From Candidatus Omnitrophota bacterium (GTDB lineage Bacteria; Omnitrophota; Gorgyraeia; Gygaellales; Profunditerraquicolaceae), in contig JBAZTA010000008.1 of assembly GCA_041662125.1 (NCBI GenBank), positions 2,807 to 66,806 of the forward strand: 64,000 bases of DNA. Reading direction: 5' to 3'. Every line of letters begins with the position of its first letter. The stretch's first letter is position 1. Position numbers and translations under genes: made by a program. The notes beneath the pieces are model-generated. The model had not been told where the DNA came from and searched no databases. It saw only the letters and a program-made list of their open reading frames with translations. Positions 1-9,547 of the stretch are shown piece by piece.

Positions 1-806
1 CCAAGCTTGCCAACTCCGACCAAACGCACAAGGTTTCTCTTGATCGCGCACGGATCAGATACTCTTACGCATCCACCTGAAACAGGACCATAAACCCCGC
101 CTTGTAAAACTTCGGGATGTGGATGGGCCGAGAGTTCGAATCCGTGAAGGCCCAGGTCGTTATACCTCTCGCAATGCCCATACGTGTCGCAGATTTGCAG
201 GGGAGCAAAGAAACCCCTGTAGAGATTCGCAATCGGCTCAGAATCGGACGCGAAGAAAATAACATCAGGATAACAATACAAGTGGTTTATTATAAAGCGC
301 CCCTTTGGCGTGGGAGTTTTGGGGGCGCCCAAGGCCACTGCCCCGCGATAGGCCTCTCTTGCAGTTCCATCCCTAAACAGCGCTTCAATTATTATTTCAT
401 ATCTTATTCGATCGATAAGTATGCGTGCTCCGTTAACACCCGAGCCCTTTCTCAGGGTTTCCTGATCATCACTGTATTCAAGCCAGTCTCTATATAATCC
501 TGGGAGACAAGGATCGTAAGGCGCCTGAGTTTTACCGATAGCCGTTTGGCTGATCGACATTGAATCAAATTCTTTTGATAAGTTGTTCAGGACTTCGGAT
601 TTTGATTGGGAGGTAGTGTTTCCAGGAGCAGGATCAATATTGCTTTTTAGGGAAGACAGGTCCACCACGGATGTCTTTGCGTAAGATAGCGATACGCAAA
701 AGAGAACCAATACCAAAATTATCAGCGCGTTTATGGAACGCCCATGACGACGCCGGAAAAACGTATCTTTCCCCAGGGTGATTCTTGATGATGAGTTCCA
801 ATCCAT
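1..806 (-). CDS. Putative secreted L,D-transpeptidase (YkuD)-like protein, 3' end beyond window edge (partial)
   Basis: My manual translation of the minus strand gives MDWNSSSRITLGKDTFFRRRHGRSINALIILVLVLFCVSLSYA|KTS..., a signal peptide with AxA-like cleavage. The frame stays open to position 1. The C-terminal part reads ...GLHGFELSAHPHPEVLQGGVYGPVSGGCVRVSD, resembling the HG...S-x-GC-[IV]-R core of L,D-transpeptidases. The ORF track did not list it because there is no stop codon inside the window. Confidence 0.35.
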   Translation of the reverse strand, partial: MDWNSSSRITLGKDTFFRRRHGRSINALIILVLVLFCVSLSYAKTSVVDLSSLKSNIDPAPGNTTSQSKSEVLNNLSKEFDSMSISQTAIGKTQAPYDPCLPGLYRDWLEYSDDQETLRKGSGVNGARILIDRIRYEIIIEALFRDGTAREAYRGAVALGAPKTPTPKGRFIINHLYCYPDVIFFASDSEPIANLYRGFFAPLQICDTYGHCERYNDLGLHGFELSAHPHPEVLQGGVYGPVSGGCVRVSDPCAIKRNLVRLVGVGKL

Positions 807-823
807 GATCCATGAACTCCGGG

Positions 824-1426
824 CTATCGAGACTCGCCCAGCTTAAACACTGAAAGGGCTGAATAGTTGGCGCCTGCCGCATTCAGGACACTTTGGAATA
901 GAATCGCTCTGTCTATGGTAAAAACAGGACTATCACATATTAACCCTGACATTATACTGATCAATCTTTCTCTACCTTCTGAGGACCGTGTTCTCCCGAG
1001 GGTCAAGTGCGGCGTAAAAGGCCTGTTTTCCTTTGCGAACCCCATCTCGAAGAAAGCGTCTTCAATAATCGGAACCATCCTTATTATGCATCCGGTAGGA
1101 TCTTCTATGCCGGCCCAAATTATCCTGGGCTGACGCGGGTTTGGGAAAACCCCAATATTTGATACTTTAAGCTGGATCGGCGTATGACTTGAAAAGATAG
1201 GTTTCAGCGTGGTTTCTATCTCGTGGATCGTGGCCCTTTTGATATTTCCGAGGAATTTGATGGTCAGGTGAATGGATCTGGGGTTTACCCATTTAACATC
1301 CGCCCTACTCTTCTTCAGTTCATTTGAAACGTTTTCAAGAAAATTAGTGACCTGGCCAGGCAGATCCAGCGCCAAAAAAGATCTGATCTCATCCTTAGTG
1401 GAGTTGTACAAAGTCGCTGATGTCAT
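824..1426 (-). CDS. thpR: RNA 2',3'-cyclic phosphodiesterase (2H phosphoesterase, ThpR/LigT family)
   Basis: 200 aa with two H-x-T/S-x motifs (HLTIKFLG and HLTLGR) spaced as in 2H phosphoesterases. Confidence 0.75.
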   Translation of the reverse strand: MTSATLYNSTKDEIRSFLALDLPGQVTNFLENVSNELKKSRADVKWVNPRSIHLTIKFLGNIKRATIHEIETTLKPIFSSHTPIQLKVSNIGVFPNPRQPRIIWAGIEDPTGCIIRMVPIIEDAFFEMGFAKENRPFTPHLTLGRTRSSEGRERLISIMSGLICDSPVFTIDRAILFQSVLNAAGANYSALSVFKLGESR

Positions 1427-1433
1427 GGCCCCT

Positions 1434-2306
1434 TCATATTGAAGCGCCCAAGCCGTACTTCACGGGCTCTTTATTATAGATGTCTTTGGCTGCCGACAAT
1501 GATTCTCTTAAATTGTTTATCCTATCTTGGTCGGCTGGATGGGTGGACAGCCAGACAGGGACAGGGGGTTTGTCTATTTTTGACATTCTCTCCCACAGGC
1601 GGGCGGACTCTGAAGGATCGTAACCCGCTTTGGCCATGTATAACAGCCCTATTCTGTCGGCCTCAATTTCGTGAGTACGGCTGTACGGCAAAAGCACGCC
1701 GACCGTGGCTCCCAGACCTAGCGCCCCAATTACGGCTTTAGTCTTATCGTCCAATTTGCCTTCTTTATCCTTAAAGATCTCCGATCCGATGGAACTTATC
1801 CCCTGGAGAGCCAATTGTTGACTGAGCCGCTCGCCTCCATGCCGCGCTACAGCGTGAGCTACTTCGTGACCGATAACAGCGGCCAAGCCGGCCTCGTTCT
1901 TCACATAAGGCAGGATCCCTGTGTATACTACGATCTTGCCTCCAGGCAGACAAAACGCGTTTGGTATATCCTTTTCAACTACATGCGTTTTCCATTCAAA
2001 TCCTGGATGATCCATATCTTCAGCGGCTTTGCTCACTCGATCCGCCACCCGTTTCACAATTTTGTTGATTTCTTCATTCCGGCAAGCCGGTTCCTTTTTA
2101 ATAACCTCTGAGTATGCTCTGGCGCCTAAGCCATCGAGGTCCTTATTAGGGACAAAGTTTAGCTGTTTTCTCCCTGTATGTGGGACAGAAGCGCAACCGA
2201 GAATCAAAGTGACGGCGCTCGCCATGAGAGGCGCTAGCCAAAGATGACAATAGGCTCTTTTCCGATTCAGAATCGCGTGACGGTCAAACAATAGAAACAC
2301 TGGCAT
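1434..2306 (-). CDS. M48 family zinc metallopeptidase, probable lipoprotein
   Basis: HExxH zinc motif (GHEVAHAVARH) in an M48 context. The N-terminal LILGC lipobox-like signal suggests a lipoprotein. Confidence 0.75.
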   Translation of the reverse strand: MPVFLLFDRHAILNRKRAYCHLWLAPLMASAVTLILGCASVPHTGRKQLNFVPNKDLDGLGARAYSEVIKKEPACRNEEINKIVKRVADRVSKAAEDMDHPGFEWKTHVVEKDIPNAFCLPGGKIVVYTGILPYVKNEAGLAAVIGHEVAHAVARHGGERLSQQLALQGISSIGSEIFKDKEGKLDDKTKAVIGALGLGATVGVLLPYSRTHEIEADRIGLLYMAKAGYDPSESARLWERMSKIDKPPVPVWLSTHPADQDRINNLRESLSAAKDIYNKEPVKYGLGASI

Positions 2307-2447
2307 TATTCAATAAAAACAATATGAATTAAATATAGCTATCTGATATAACATACATTATTAATCTTATACCTGAAAACAGTCTTCAAGTAAATACATT
2401 TCAACCCCAAGCTGAAACTTGCGCCTGACGGAAAAAGATCCGCCGGA

Positions 2448-2849
2448 TCACGCGCCTTCTGGTCCCAGAGGCCACATTTGACGTTCCATAAGAACTGTTC
2501 GGAGCACTTTGAGACCCTGGTTAACGACCGGCATTCCGCCGTAGATTCCGCACTGAAAAATGACCTCTGATATTTCTCGGGGCTTGCAGCCGACATTCAG
2601 GGCGGCATTTATGTGTAAGTTGAGTTCTTCCACCCTTTCGAGCACAGTCAACGCAGATATGGTAATAAGTTGCCTGGTAGTGTGGGGTATTCGTTCGCGA
2701 GAGTACATTTGGCCTGTAATGAACATGGAAAGTTCCTTGGCCAATCCCTTGTCAAAGGAACGCCATAGATCAAAAGGCCGTTCACCAACATAATTTTCAA
2801 AGTACAAACCGGCTGTCTTAGCTGTCTTAGCTCTTAAATCTTCGGTCAC
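2448..2849 (-). CDS. Carboxymuconolactone decarboxylase (CMD/AhpD-like) family protein
   Basis: 133 aa with a typical CMD-fold sequence (…ISEVIFQCGIYGGMPVVNQGL…). Confidence 0.7.
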   Translation of the reverse strand: MTEDLRAKTAKTAGLYFENYVGERPFDLWRSFDKGLAKELSMFITGQMYSRERIPHTTRQLITISALTVLERVEELNLHINAALNVGCKPREISEVIFQCGIYGGMPVVNQGLKVLRTVLMERQMWPLGPEGA

Positions 2850-2893
2850 TATGCGCCTCCATCGTTGGTTCTCTTATTAATAACAACTCGTAT

Positions 2894-3817
2894 TTACATA
2901 GTAAACACATCGCCATCCTTTGGAACTGTTATGCTACATGGGAGAGACGCTCCTTCAGCGATCTTGCTCGTCACATTGGACCAATCCTCCTGACAGAGCG
3001 GTACGGGGTAAGCTTCGAGAGTGTTTGGATCTTTCATGGGTTGAAGTGGAGCCGCCTTTTTGACGGTATCGTTGCATGGATCACCTGCAACCTGATCGCC
3101 ACCGGAAATATGTACCAGAAAAATCCTTTTGGTCGGTTTCCACTTTTTTATGAAACCTAACGCGCGCTGAAGACTCATGTGAGACGGACGATTTTCAACT
3201 GGCTCATTGAACCAGTGGCTTTGAATGATCAGGGCGTCAGGCTTTTCAAGTTCCGGAACATCTGCAGGGACTTCAATGAAATCAGAAGTGTAAACAACCT
3301 TTATTTCCTCTCGGTTCGGTCTTTTCTCAATGATTATATATCCTACCGAGCCTTCAGCCGTTTTGCCATGGAAGGTTTTGAAAGGCGCTATCGAGGTGTT
3401 ACCTATTTGAATGGTCGCGCCAGGTTCAATTATTCGTTTCTCGAACAAGGATCCCAACAAATAGCCAAACCTCGTTTCAACGGTTCTCCACGTAATCTCC
3501 GACGCATATACTGGAATTGGGTTCCAATCATCGCGAGTGTGAGACCTCCTGTATGCCAACAAGTCGTCCATGCCAAGATAATGGTCACCGTGTTCATGGG
3601 TAATCAACGCCAGATCCGGAACTCTGAGCCCATATCTTTTCATATGCTCCAGGATGTCCGGCCCAGGGTCGATTAGTATTCTTAAAGAGGTTCTTATCTC
3701 GATGGATGTTCTGGTCCGCTCTTCACCTAGTTGCGCCATCTTTTCACATATCGCGCATCCACAAGAATGTTCCGGCAGGCGCCAGGCGCTTCCGGTCCCC
3801 AGAAATCTGATTTCCAT
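2894..3817 (-). CDS. MBL-fold metallo-hydrolase (PhnP-like phosphodiesterase family)
   Basis: THEHGDH metal-binding motif after an FLGTGSA…C..C N-terminus, as in PhnP-like MBL enzymes. Confidence 0.7.
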   Translation of the reverse strand: MEIRFLGTGSAWRLPEHSCGCAICEKMAQLGEERTRTSIEIRTSLRILIDPGPDILEHMKRYGLRVPDLALITHEHGDHYLGMDDLLAYRRSHTRDDWNPIPVYASEITWRTVETRFGYLLGSLFEKRIIEPGATIQIGNTSIAPFKTFHGKTAEGSVGYIIIEKRPNREEIKVVYTSDFIEVPADVPELEKPDALIIQSHWFNEPVENRPSHMSLQRALGFIKKWKPTKRIFLVHISGGDQVAGDPCNDTVKKAAPLQPMKDPNTLEAYPVPLCQEDWSNVTSKIAEGASLPCSITVPKDGDVFTM

Positions 3818-4077
3818 AAGCGCTCCTCCACGACAAGTATTTAGTTCGTGACCAACAAAACAAATCGCTCAACCTGGTAACTCAGATTTTTCAATAAAGA
3901 CATAGGGCGTCAGTTTGGCGGCTATGTTTCCGGTCCCCTTGGCCATAAAACCGGTGATGGTTTTATATTGCACAATGATTGTTTTTTGGGTAGGGGGTAA
4001 AACAAAAGTGGATGGATTTTAGACATATGAGGCGCTGAGGATAGATCCTGCCGCCTCAGATATTGGAATTAACTGAT

Positions 4078-4296
4078 TCATTTGCCTCTGTAGACTATGA
4101 GCCCGTGACTAAGATCATACGGAGAAAGGGCTACAGTCACACGGTCTCCCAGAAGCACTTTTATCCTGAAACGGGACATCCTTCCCGAAAGTTTGGTCCG
4201 GATGCTCTTGCCATCGTCGGTTTCAACTTGATACATGCCTCCTGAATGCACCTTGACCACAGTTCCTTCAACCTTTACATTGTCATCACGACTCAC
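4078..4296 (-). CDS. infA: Translation initiation factor IF-1
   Basis: 72 aa, near-canonical IF-1 sequence (…EGTVVKVHSGGMYQVETDDGKSIRTKLSGRMSRFRIKVLLGDRVTVALSPYDLSHGLIVYRGK). Confidence 0.95.
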   Translation of the reverse strand: MSRDDNVKVEGTVVKVHSGGMYQVETDDGKSIRTKLSGRMSRFRIKVLLGDRVTVALSPYDLSHGLIVYRGK

Positions 4297-4441
4297 TTAG
4301 TTAACATCTCCTCTCATTTTTTTCGGTTCTTCGAATACTGCTTTAAGCTCCAAAGAAAACACGCCTCACTTGAATCCAAATATTACATTTCCAGCGTCAA
4401 AAGTCTATACACACGTGTATTATTTTATTGAAACTTGAAAA

Positions 4442-5194
4442 TCAAGTCATAGAGAGGTATTCTCGCCTGACTCGTTCCAAATCCTCCGGGGTGTCAACTT
4501 CCACAGAATCTTTATCGGTAATCACTACTTTTATTTTAAAGCCGTTTTCAAGAGCCCTGAGTTGTTCTAATCGCTCGACAAGTTCGAGGTTTCCTACAGG
4601 AAGTTGACTAAATTTTTGCAGAAAATCATTTCTAAATCCGTAGATACCATGGTGTTTGAAATATATCCCCCCGTCTTGCGGACTTCCGGGAAAGGGGACC
4701 GTGGACCTTGAAAAATAAAGGGCAAAACCATCACAATCGAAAACAGTTTTGACGGCGTTAGGATGGTGAATCTCATCTTCACGAACAATTCTGTAAATGA
4801 GCGTGGTCATAGGGATAGATTCATCCTGAATAAGTGGACCAATGACTTCGTCAATCATTTGCACATCCATTAGAGGCTGGTCGCCCTGAACATTCACAAC
4901 AATATCATTTGGAGCCAGTCCCAAGGTTCTGGACGCTTCCGCTACCCTATCAGAGCCTGACGCGTGATCCCCATAAGTCATGATCGCTTCCGCTCCGTAA
5001 TCAACAGCGGCTTTCATAATCCGTTCGGAGTCAGTAGCCACGTAAACGCGAGATAACGATTCACATGCGCTAACTCTTTCCCAAACTCTCACTATCATGG
5101 GTTTCCCGAGAATATCGGCAAGCGGCTTCCCCGGAAATCTCGATGATTCGGCTCGGGCCGGTATAAATCCGACTATTTCTCCCGTCTTTTCCAT
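4442..5194 (-). CDS. kdsB: 3-deoxy-manno-octulosonate cytidylyltransferase (CMP-Kdo synthetase)
   Basis: 250 aa with an N-terminal IPARAESSRFPGKPL motif and overall KdsB architecture. Confidence 0.9.
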   Translation of the reverse strand: MEKTGEIVGFIPARAESSRFPGKPLADILGKPMIVRVWERVSACESLSRVYVATDSERIMKAAVDYGAEAIMTYGDHASGSDRVAEASRTLGLAPNDIVVNVQGDQPLMDVQMIDEVIGPLIQDESIPMTTLIYRIVREDEIHHPNAVKTVFDCDGFALYFSRSTVPFPGSPQDGGIYFKHHGIYGFRNDFLQKFSQLPVGNLELVERLEQLRALENGFKIKVVITDKDSVEVDTPEDLERVRREYLSMT

Positions 5195-5274
5195 TTTGTT
5201 TGTTATTGGTTGTTAGCCTTTCGATACAATAAATCAGGTTTGGGAGCATTTCCCGGTAAAAAAAACGTCTGGAA

Positions 5275-6480
5275 TCAGATGGTTTCACTAGCGGCCTTCG
5301 CCAGTTCTTTCCCTACATTCTCAGCGTCCTCGGACTTCATTCTAAGTGACACCGGAATCACTATGAGACGTTCCAACCATCCTGCTGTTACCGGTAACAA
5401 TTCCCTGGAATAATCCATCTTTTCGGAATAATACGGGGAGCCAAACGGGAATGGACCCGGCCATGCAGTCTTCTTGTTAATCAGATGCTCCCAGTTACCA
5501 AGAAAATGCCAAAGATTGTTTTTGAAACTTATTGCGGAAATCCCCTTTGCCGTGACCTTCTTGTGAAACTCAACGGCGGAGGTGGAGTCGGGGAGAAAAA
5601 AACACACATGGGTATGGCTGTCCTTGCTGTTTTCCGGCAAAGCTCTCATTGTTATCGCCGGAATCTCCTTTACGGCGTCAGATATAACGGTATGACTAGC
5701 TTTCTGGACCGCAAGAATTTTGCTGATGCGACCAAGTTGCGCCAAACCGACAGCGCCCTGAAGCTCATTCATCCGGTAATTGAATCCGAGAAAGCTCCTG
5801 CCCTCTAAGGCTCTACCGACACTGGGATTATGGTCATGGCCGTGGTCAGCGTACTCCGACGCGATCCTGTAGAGATCCGCGTTGTCGGTAGTAATCATAC
5901 CCCCTTCACCAGTGGTAATGGTCTTGTAAAAATCAAATGAAAACGTTCCACATTCTCCAATAGAACCGGCTCCTTTGCCGGCTATCGAGGCGCCAAGAGC
6001 CTGAGCTGTGTCCTCAAGGACTTTCAGTCCCCTCCTGTCAGCGATCTCCTTTATTTCGACTAGCCTTGCCGGTCCTCCTAGCATGTGAACAGGAATTATG
6101 ACCTTTGTCCTTGACGTGATTTTTTTCTCAAGATCGACCGGATCCATGTTCAGTGTCTCATCGATTTCTGCAGGAATAGGGATTGCCCCACATTCGATAA
6201 TAGCTTCAAAGGTCGCCACGAATGTAAATCCTTGTGTTATGACTTCATCGCCGGGCTTAACCCCAAGTGATACCAGAGCCACTTTGAGCGCCGTTGTTCC
6301 CGAAGTCACAGCCTGAGCGTATTTTGTGCCGACAAATTCAGCGAATTTGGTCTCAAAATCACGCACTTTGTAGACGCCTTTTCTTTCGTTAGGGAATTCA
6401 TATCTGAAGAAAATCCCGGTATCGAGAACCTGATTTACCTGTTCCCGCTCCGCGTCTCCTATAAGTTCAAAACCTGGCAT
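5275..6480 (-). CDS. DegT/DnrJ/EryC1/StrS-family PLP-dependent aminotransferase, KdnA-like (putative Kdo 8-aminotransferase)
   Basis: About 400 aa sugar aminotransferase fold (…TSGTTALKVAL…, glycine-rich PLP region). Sits directly between kdsB and an Fe-ADH gene, as in the Shewanella Kdo8N locus. The likely start is the ATG at 6480, preceded by GAGGAGG; the track's 6483 start is a TTG. Confidence 0.75.
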   Translation of the reverse strand: MPGFELIGDAEREQVNQVLDTGIFFRYEFPNERKGVYKVRDFETKFAEFVGTKYAQAVTSGTTALKVALVSLGVKPGDEVITQGFTFVATFEAIIECGAIPIPAEIDETLNMDPVDLEKKITSRTKVIIPVHMLGGPARLVEIKEIADRRGLKVLEDTAQALGASIAGKGAGSIGECGTFSFDFYKTITTGEGGMITTDNADLYRIASEYADHGHDHNPSVGRALEGRSFLGFNYRMNELQGAVGLAQLGRISKILAVQKASHTVISDAVKEIPAITMRALPENSKDSHTHVCFFLPDSTSAVEFHKKVTAKGISAISFKNNLWHFLGNWEHLINKKTAWPGPFPFGSPYYSEKMDYSRELLPVTAGWLERLIVIPVSLRMKSEDAENVGKELAKAASETI

Positions 6481-6575
6481 CAACGCCTCCTCATTTTAGC
6501 TACAGCCTGCAATATTCTATTCGTTAATTGGTCTCTCAAGACTTCGTGAGAAGTTCCAATATATTTTCCCGAAAA

Positions 6576-7742
6576 TCAAGAGCCAAAGGCCGCTTCATAT
6601 ATGGCTTCGGCTTCTTCCGGGCCAAGGTTTCTGGGGTTGTTTTCTACGGGTCTGGTTACCTTGAGAGCCCCTTCTACAAGCATTGGTATGTCGGCTCTAG
6701 GAATACCTAATTCGGACAGGCTCAGAGGAACCCCTATGTCGCCGGCCAATGTTCTGACTGCGTCCACGGCCGCTTCAGCAGCCCATCTCGGAGCCAAACC
6801 TTCAATAGACTCACCCATGCTTTTCGACACAAGAGCAAAGGCCTCTTGAGCAGCCGGCAAGTTGAACTCCATGACGTGAGGTATCAGGATCGCATTAGCC
6901 AGTCCGTGGGGAATTCTATAATGTCCACCCAACGGATACGCGAGGGCGTGCGCCGCCCCAACGCCGGCGTCAGCTAACGCCAACCCGCCGAAAAGACTAG
7001 CAAGCAACATATTCTCTCGGGCGTCAATGTCCGAACCATGGTATACCGCCCGTCTAAGGCTTTTCGAGATGAGTCGCGCGGATGTAAGGCTCAAGGCCTG
7101 GGTAAATACCGACGCTGATCGGCTCGTGACAGATTCGATCGCGTGCGTAAGGGCGTCCATCCCGGTAAAAGCCGTTACCTGTGGTGGGAGAGACAGAGTC
7201 AGTTCAGGGTCCAGCAAAGCGACGTCAGGAAACATGTAAGAGCTGTTGATTCCGCCCTTAGCCTTTGTCAGCCGGTTGGTGAAAACAGCGGTGAAGGTTA
7301 CTTCCGCGCCGGTTCCGGATGTAGTAGGTATCATTATGGTCCGTGAACCAGCCACGGGAACCTTGTTCAGCCCGACATAGTCCTCCGCCTTTCCGTGATT
7401 TGTGACGAGGATAGCGGCAGCTTTTGCGGTATCGAGGGCTGATCCGCCTCCTAAACCGACCACGATATCGGCTCCCAGGTCTCTACCAATCGCCGCAGCG
7501 TCATCAGCGTTGTCAAGATAGGGCTCAGGCTCCACTTTCATGGAGGATTCAACATGAATTCCCGCTTGGCGCAGAGAAACTCTCACCGGTTCTATTAGAC
7601 CGTGACGTTCAAGTTCCGGGTCAGCCACAAGAAGGCAGCTACGAGCGCCAAAATCCTTGGCGATGTTGCCAAGATTTGAAACTGCTCCGCGTCCTGAGAA
7701 AATCTTGGTGCGAAATTGAAAGGTCTTAAGATCTGATAACAT
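6576..7742 (-). CDS. Iron-containing (group III) alcohol dehydrogenase, KdnB-like
   Basis: Fe-ADH signature GGGSALDTAKAAA and His-rich metal site. The likely start is the internal Met at 7742, preceded by GGAG; the ORF extends to 7817. Confidence 0.75.
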   Translation of the reverse strand: MLSDLKTFQFRTKIFSGRGAVSNLGNIAKDFGARSCLLVADPELERHGLIEPVRVSLRQAGIHVESSMKVEPEPYLDNADDAAAIGRDLGADIVVGLGGGSALDTAKAAAILVTNHGKAEDYVGLNKVPVAGSRTIMIPTTSGTGAEVTFTAVFTNRLTKAKGGINSSYMFPDVALLDPELTLSLPPQVTAFTGMDALTHAIESVTSRSASVFTQALSLTSARLISKSLRRAVYHGSDIDARENMLLASLFGGLALADAGVGAAHALAYPLGGHYRIPHGLANAILIPHVMEFNLPAAQEAFALVSKSMGESIEGLAPRWAAEAAVDAVRTLAGDIGVPLSLSELGIPRADIPMLVEGALKVTRPVENNPRNLGPEEAEAIYEAAFGS

Positions 7743-7897
7743 TTGATCTCCACTATTTATCGGGGAATTCGATCCAGACTTCGACAATGCTATAACAAAA
7801 AAGGCGTGGCCTATCAAGCAAAGAAAACTCTTACATTTTATCCTTCGCTATGATAAAAAATTACATTTCAGGTAAGTTAGGTCTGGAGGCATGAAAA

Positions 7898-9433
7898 GTG
7901 CTTGAGATCCTGTCTCGCGGTTTCCGGGACGCTCGACAATATTTGCAGGGTATGAGGACATTGAATGAGGAGAACCTGGGTGAGGCCCTCAAGATTGTCC
8001 GCATGTCATTGCTGGAAGCTGACGTCGAATTTAATGTAACTCGGTCTTTTTTGGACAGGGTCAAAGAGCAGGCTATTGGTGAGATAGTCCAGGTAAAGGT
8101 TAAACACAAGGACAAGAAGCTCCAGGTAACCCCTGGTGACCACTTCATACGCCTTTGCCATGACGAGTTGGTTCGATTAATGGGACCCGCCGACGTCTCC
8201 TTGAGTTTGAAATCCAGACCTGTGTCTTCGATCATGCTGGTCGGGCTTCAGGGATCCGGAAAAACAACTACAGCCGCGAAAATAGCCCGCTTCCTAATCA
8301 AGTCCGGGAAGACTCCCATGCTGGTTGCAGCCGACGTTTATCGACCCGCTGCGGTTGATCAGTTAAAGAAACTCGGCAGTGACCTTAATATACCAGTCTA
8401 TTCCAATGGCTCAGCCAATCCCCCGGAAATATGCGCGGCAGCTCAACAGCAAGCCGCTGAACTAGGCTGTGACGTCACAATTTTTGACACCGCCGGTCGT
8501 CTGACGGTGGACGAAAAACTTATGGAGGAACTCCGAAGGATCCAGGAATTAACTGCGCCGGAAAACGTGCTCCTGGTCTGTGACGCCATGATTGGTCAGG
8601 AATCGGTTAATGTGGCGAACGCCTTTAACCAGCGGATCAACCTGACCGGTTTTATTCTGACGAAACTTGATGGCGACGCGAGAGGCGGAGCCGCCATATC
8701 CATAAAGGAAGCGACAGGGGTTCCGATAAAGTTCCTCGGTATGGGCGAGGGTCTAGACAGGCTTGAGGAGTTTCGCCCTGAAGGACTCGCCTCCCGTATC
8801 CTGGGTATGGGCGATGTTGTAGGGCTGGTTAAAGATTTCGAGGAAGTTGTCGACGAGAAGAAGGCGGAAGAAGACGCCCTTCGCATGCTTCAAGGTAATT
8901 TTACGTTCAATGACTTTCTCTCCCAGGTGAAAACCATTAAAAAAATGGGGCCCCTCAAGGATGTCGTGGAGAAATTACCATTTTTTCAGGGAGGCATTCC
9001 GCAGCAGGCCAATTTTGACGACTATGAACTGGTTAAAATAGAGTCTATCATAAACTCAATGACTCCGGCCGAGCGCAAGGGCCCTGAAATTATAAACGAT
9101 AGCAGGATCGACAGGATAGCAAGAGGAGCTGGTCGAAAAGAAAACGAAGTTCGCGACTTGCTCGTCAAATTCAAGGACATGCGAGACCTTATGGGCGCCA
9201 TGGGGGGCGGCAAGTTGCGGGGCCGATGGAAGCGATTGAAAGGTCTCAAGCGAATGTTCAACGGGGGCATAGGAAATTTGATGGGAGGTGATTCGACAGC
9301 CGTTCCGAGCGCTGAAAATCCATTTGGACTTCCAGAAGTCAGGAACGTGCAACAGGTTTCCAAGAAAAATCTTGAAAAGCAAAGGAAAAAGAACAAGGAA
9401 GCCAAAAAGGCCAGAAAGAAATCCCGAAAATAA
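7898..9433 (+). CDS. ffh: Signal recognition particle protein Ffh, with a lysine-rich C-terminal tail
   Basis: N domain, SRP54 GTPase (GLQGSGKTT, DTAGR, TKLDGDARGG) and methionine-rich M domain, with a GTG start. The C-terminus carries about 50 extra basic residues (…KKNLEKQRKKNKEAKKARKKSRK). Confidence 0.95.
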   Translation: MLEILSRGFRDARQYLQGMRTLNEENLGEALKIVRMSLLEADVEFNVTRSFLDRVKEQAIGEIVQVKVKHKDKKLQVTPGDHFIRLCHDELVRLMGPADVSLSLKSRPVSSIMLVGLQGSGKTTTAAKIARFLIKSGKTPMLVAADVYRPAAVDQLKKLGSDLNIPVYSNGSANPPEICAAAQQQAAELGCDVTIFDTAGRLTVDEKLMEELRRIQELTAPENVLLVCDAMIGQESVNVANAFNQRINLTGFILTKLDGDARGGAAISIKEATGVPIKFLGMGEGLDRLEEFRPEGLASRILGMGDVVGLVKDFEEVVDEKKAEEDALRMLQGNFTFNDFLSQVKTIKKMGPLKDVVEKLPFFQGGIPQQANFDDYELVKIESIINSMTPAERKGPEIINDSRIDRIARGAGRKENEVRDLLVKFKDMRDLMGAMGGGKLRGRWKRLKGLKRMFNGGIGNLMGGDSTAVPSAENPFGLPEVRNVQQVSKKNLEKQRKKNKEAKKARKKSRK

Positions 9434-9547
9434 CCTCAAGCTTAGTAGTTTGTTTGGACCGAGCTTTGCCGGGTTTGACACTCTAGAAAATCACTGAGTC
9501 TTCACACTTGAATCCGGTTCCCTATTTTGAACCGACTTTATATCTAG

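Noticed and set aside
117-497. 126 aa plus-strand ORF and the 65..265 minus-strand ORF at the window start
   Set aside because: They overlap and run antisense or out of frame to a longer minus-strand frame with a signal peptide and a transpeptidase-like core that continues past position 1.
4028-4062. Inverted repeat ctgaggcg…cgcctcag downstream of infA as a terminator
   Set aside because: An 8-bp stem with a 16-nt loop and no adjacent U-tract on the transcribed strand; too weak to call.
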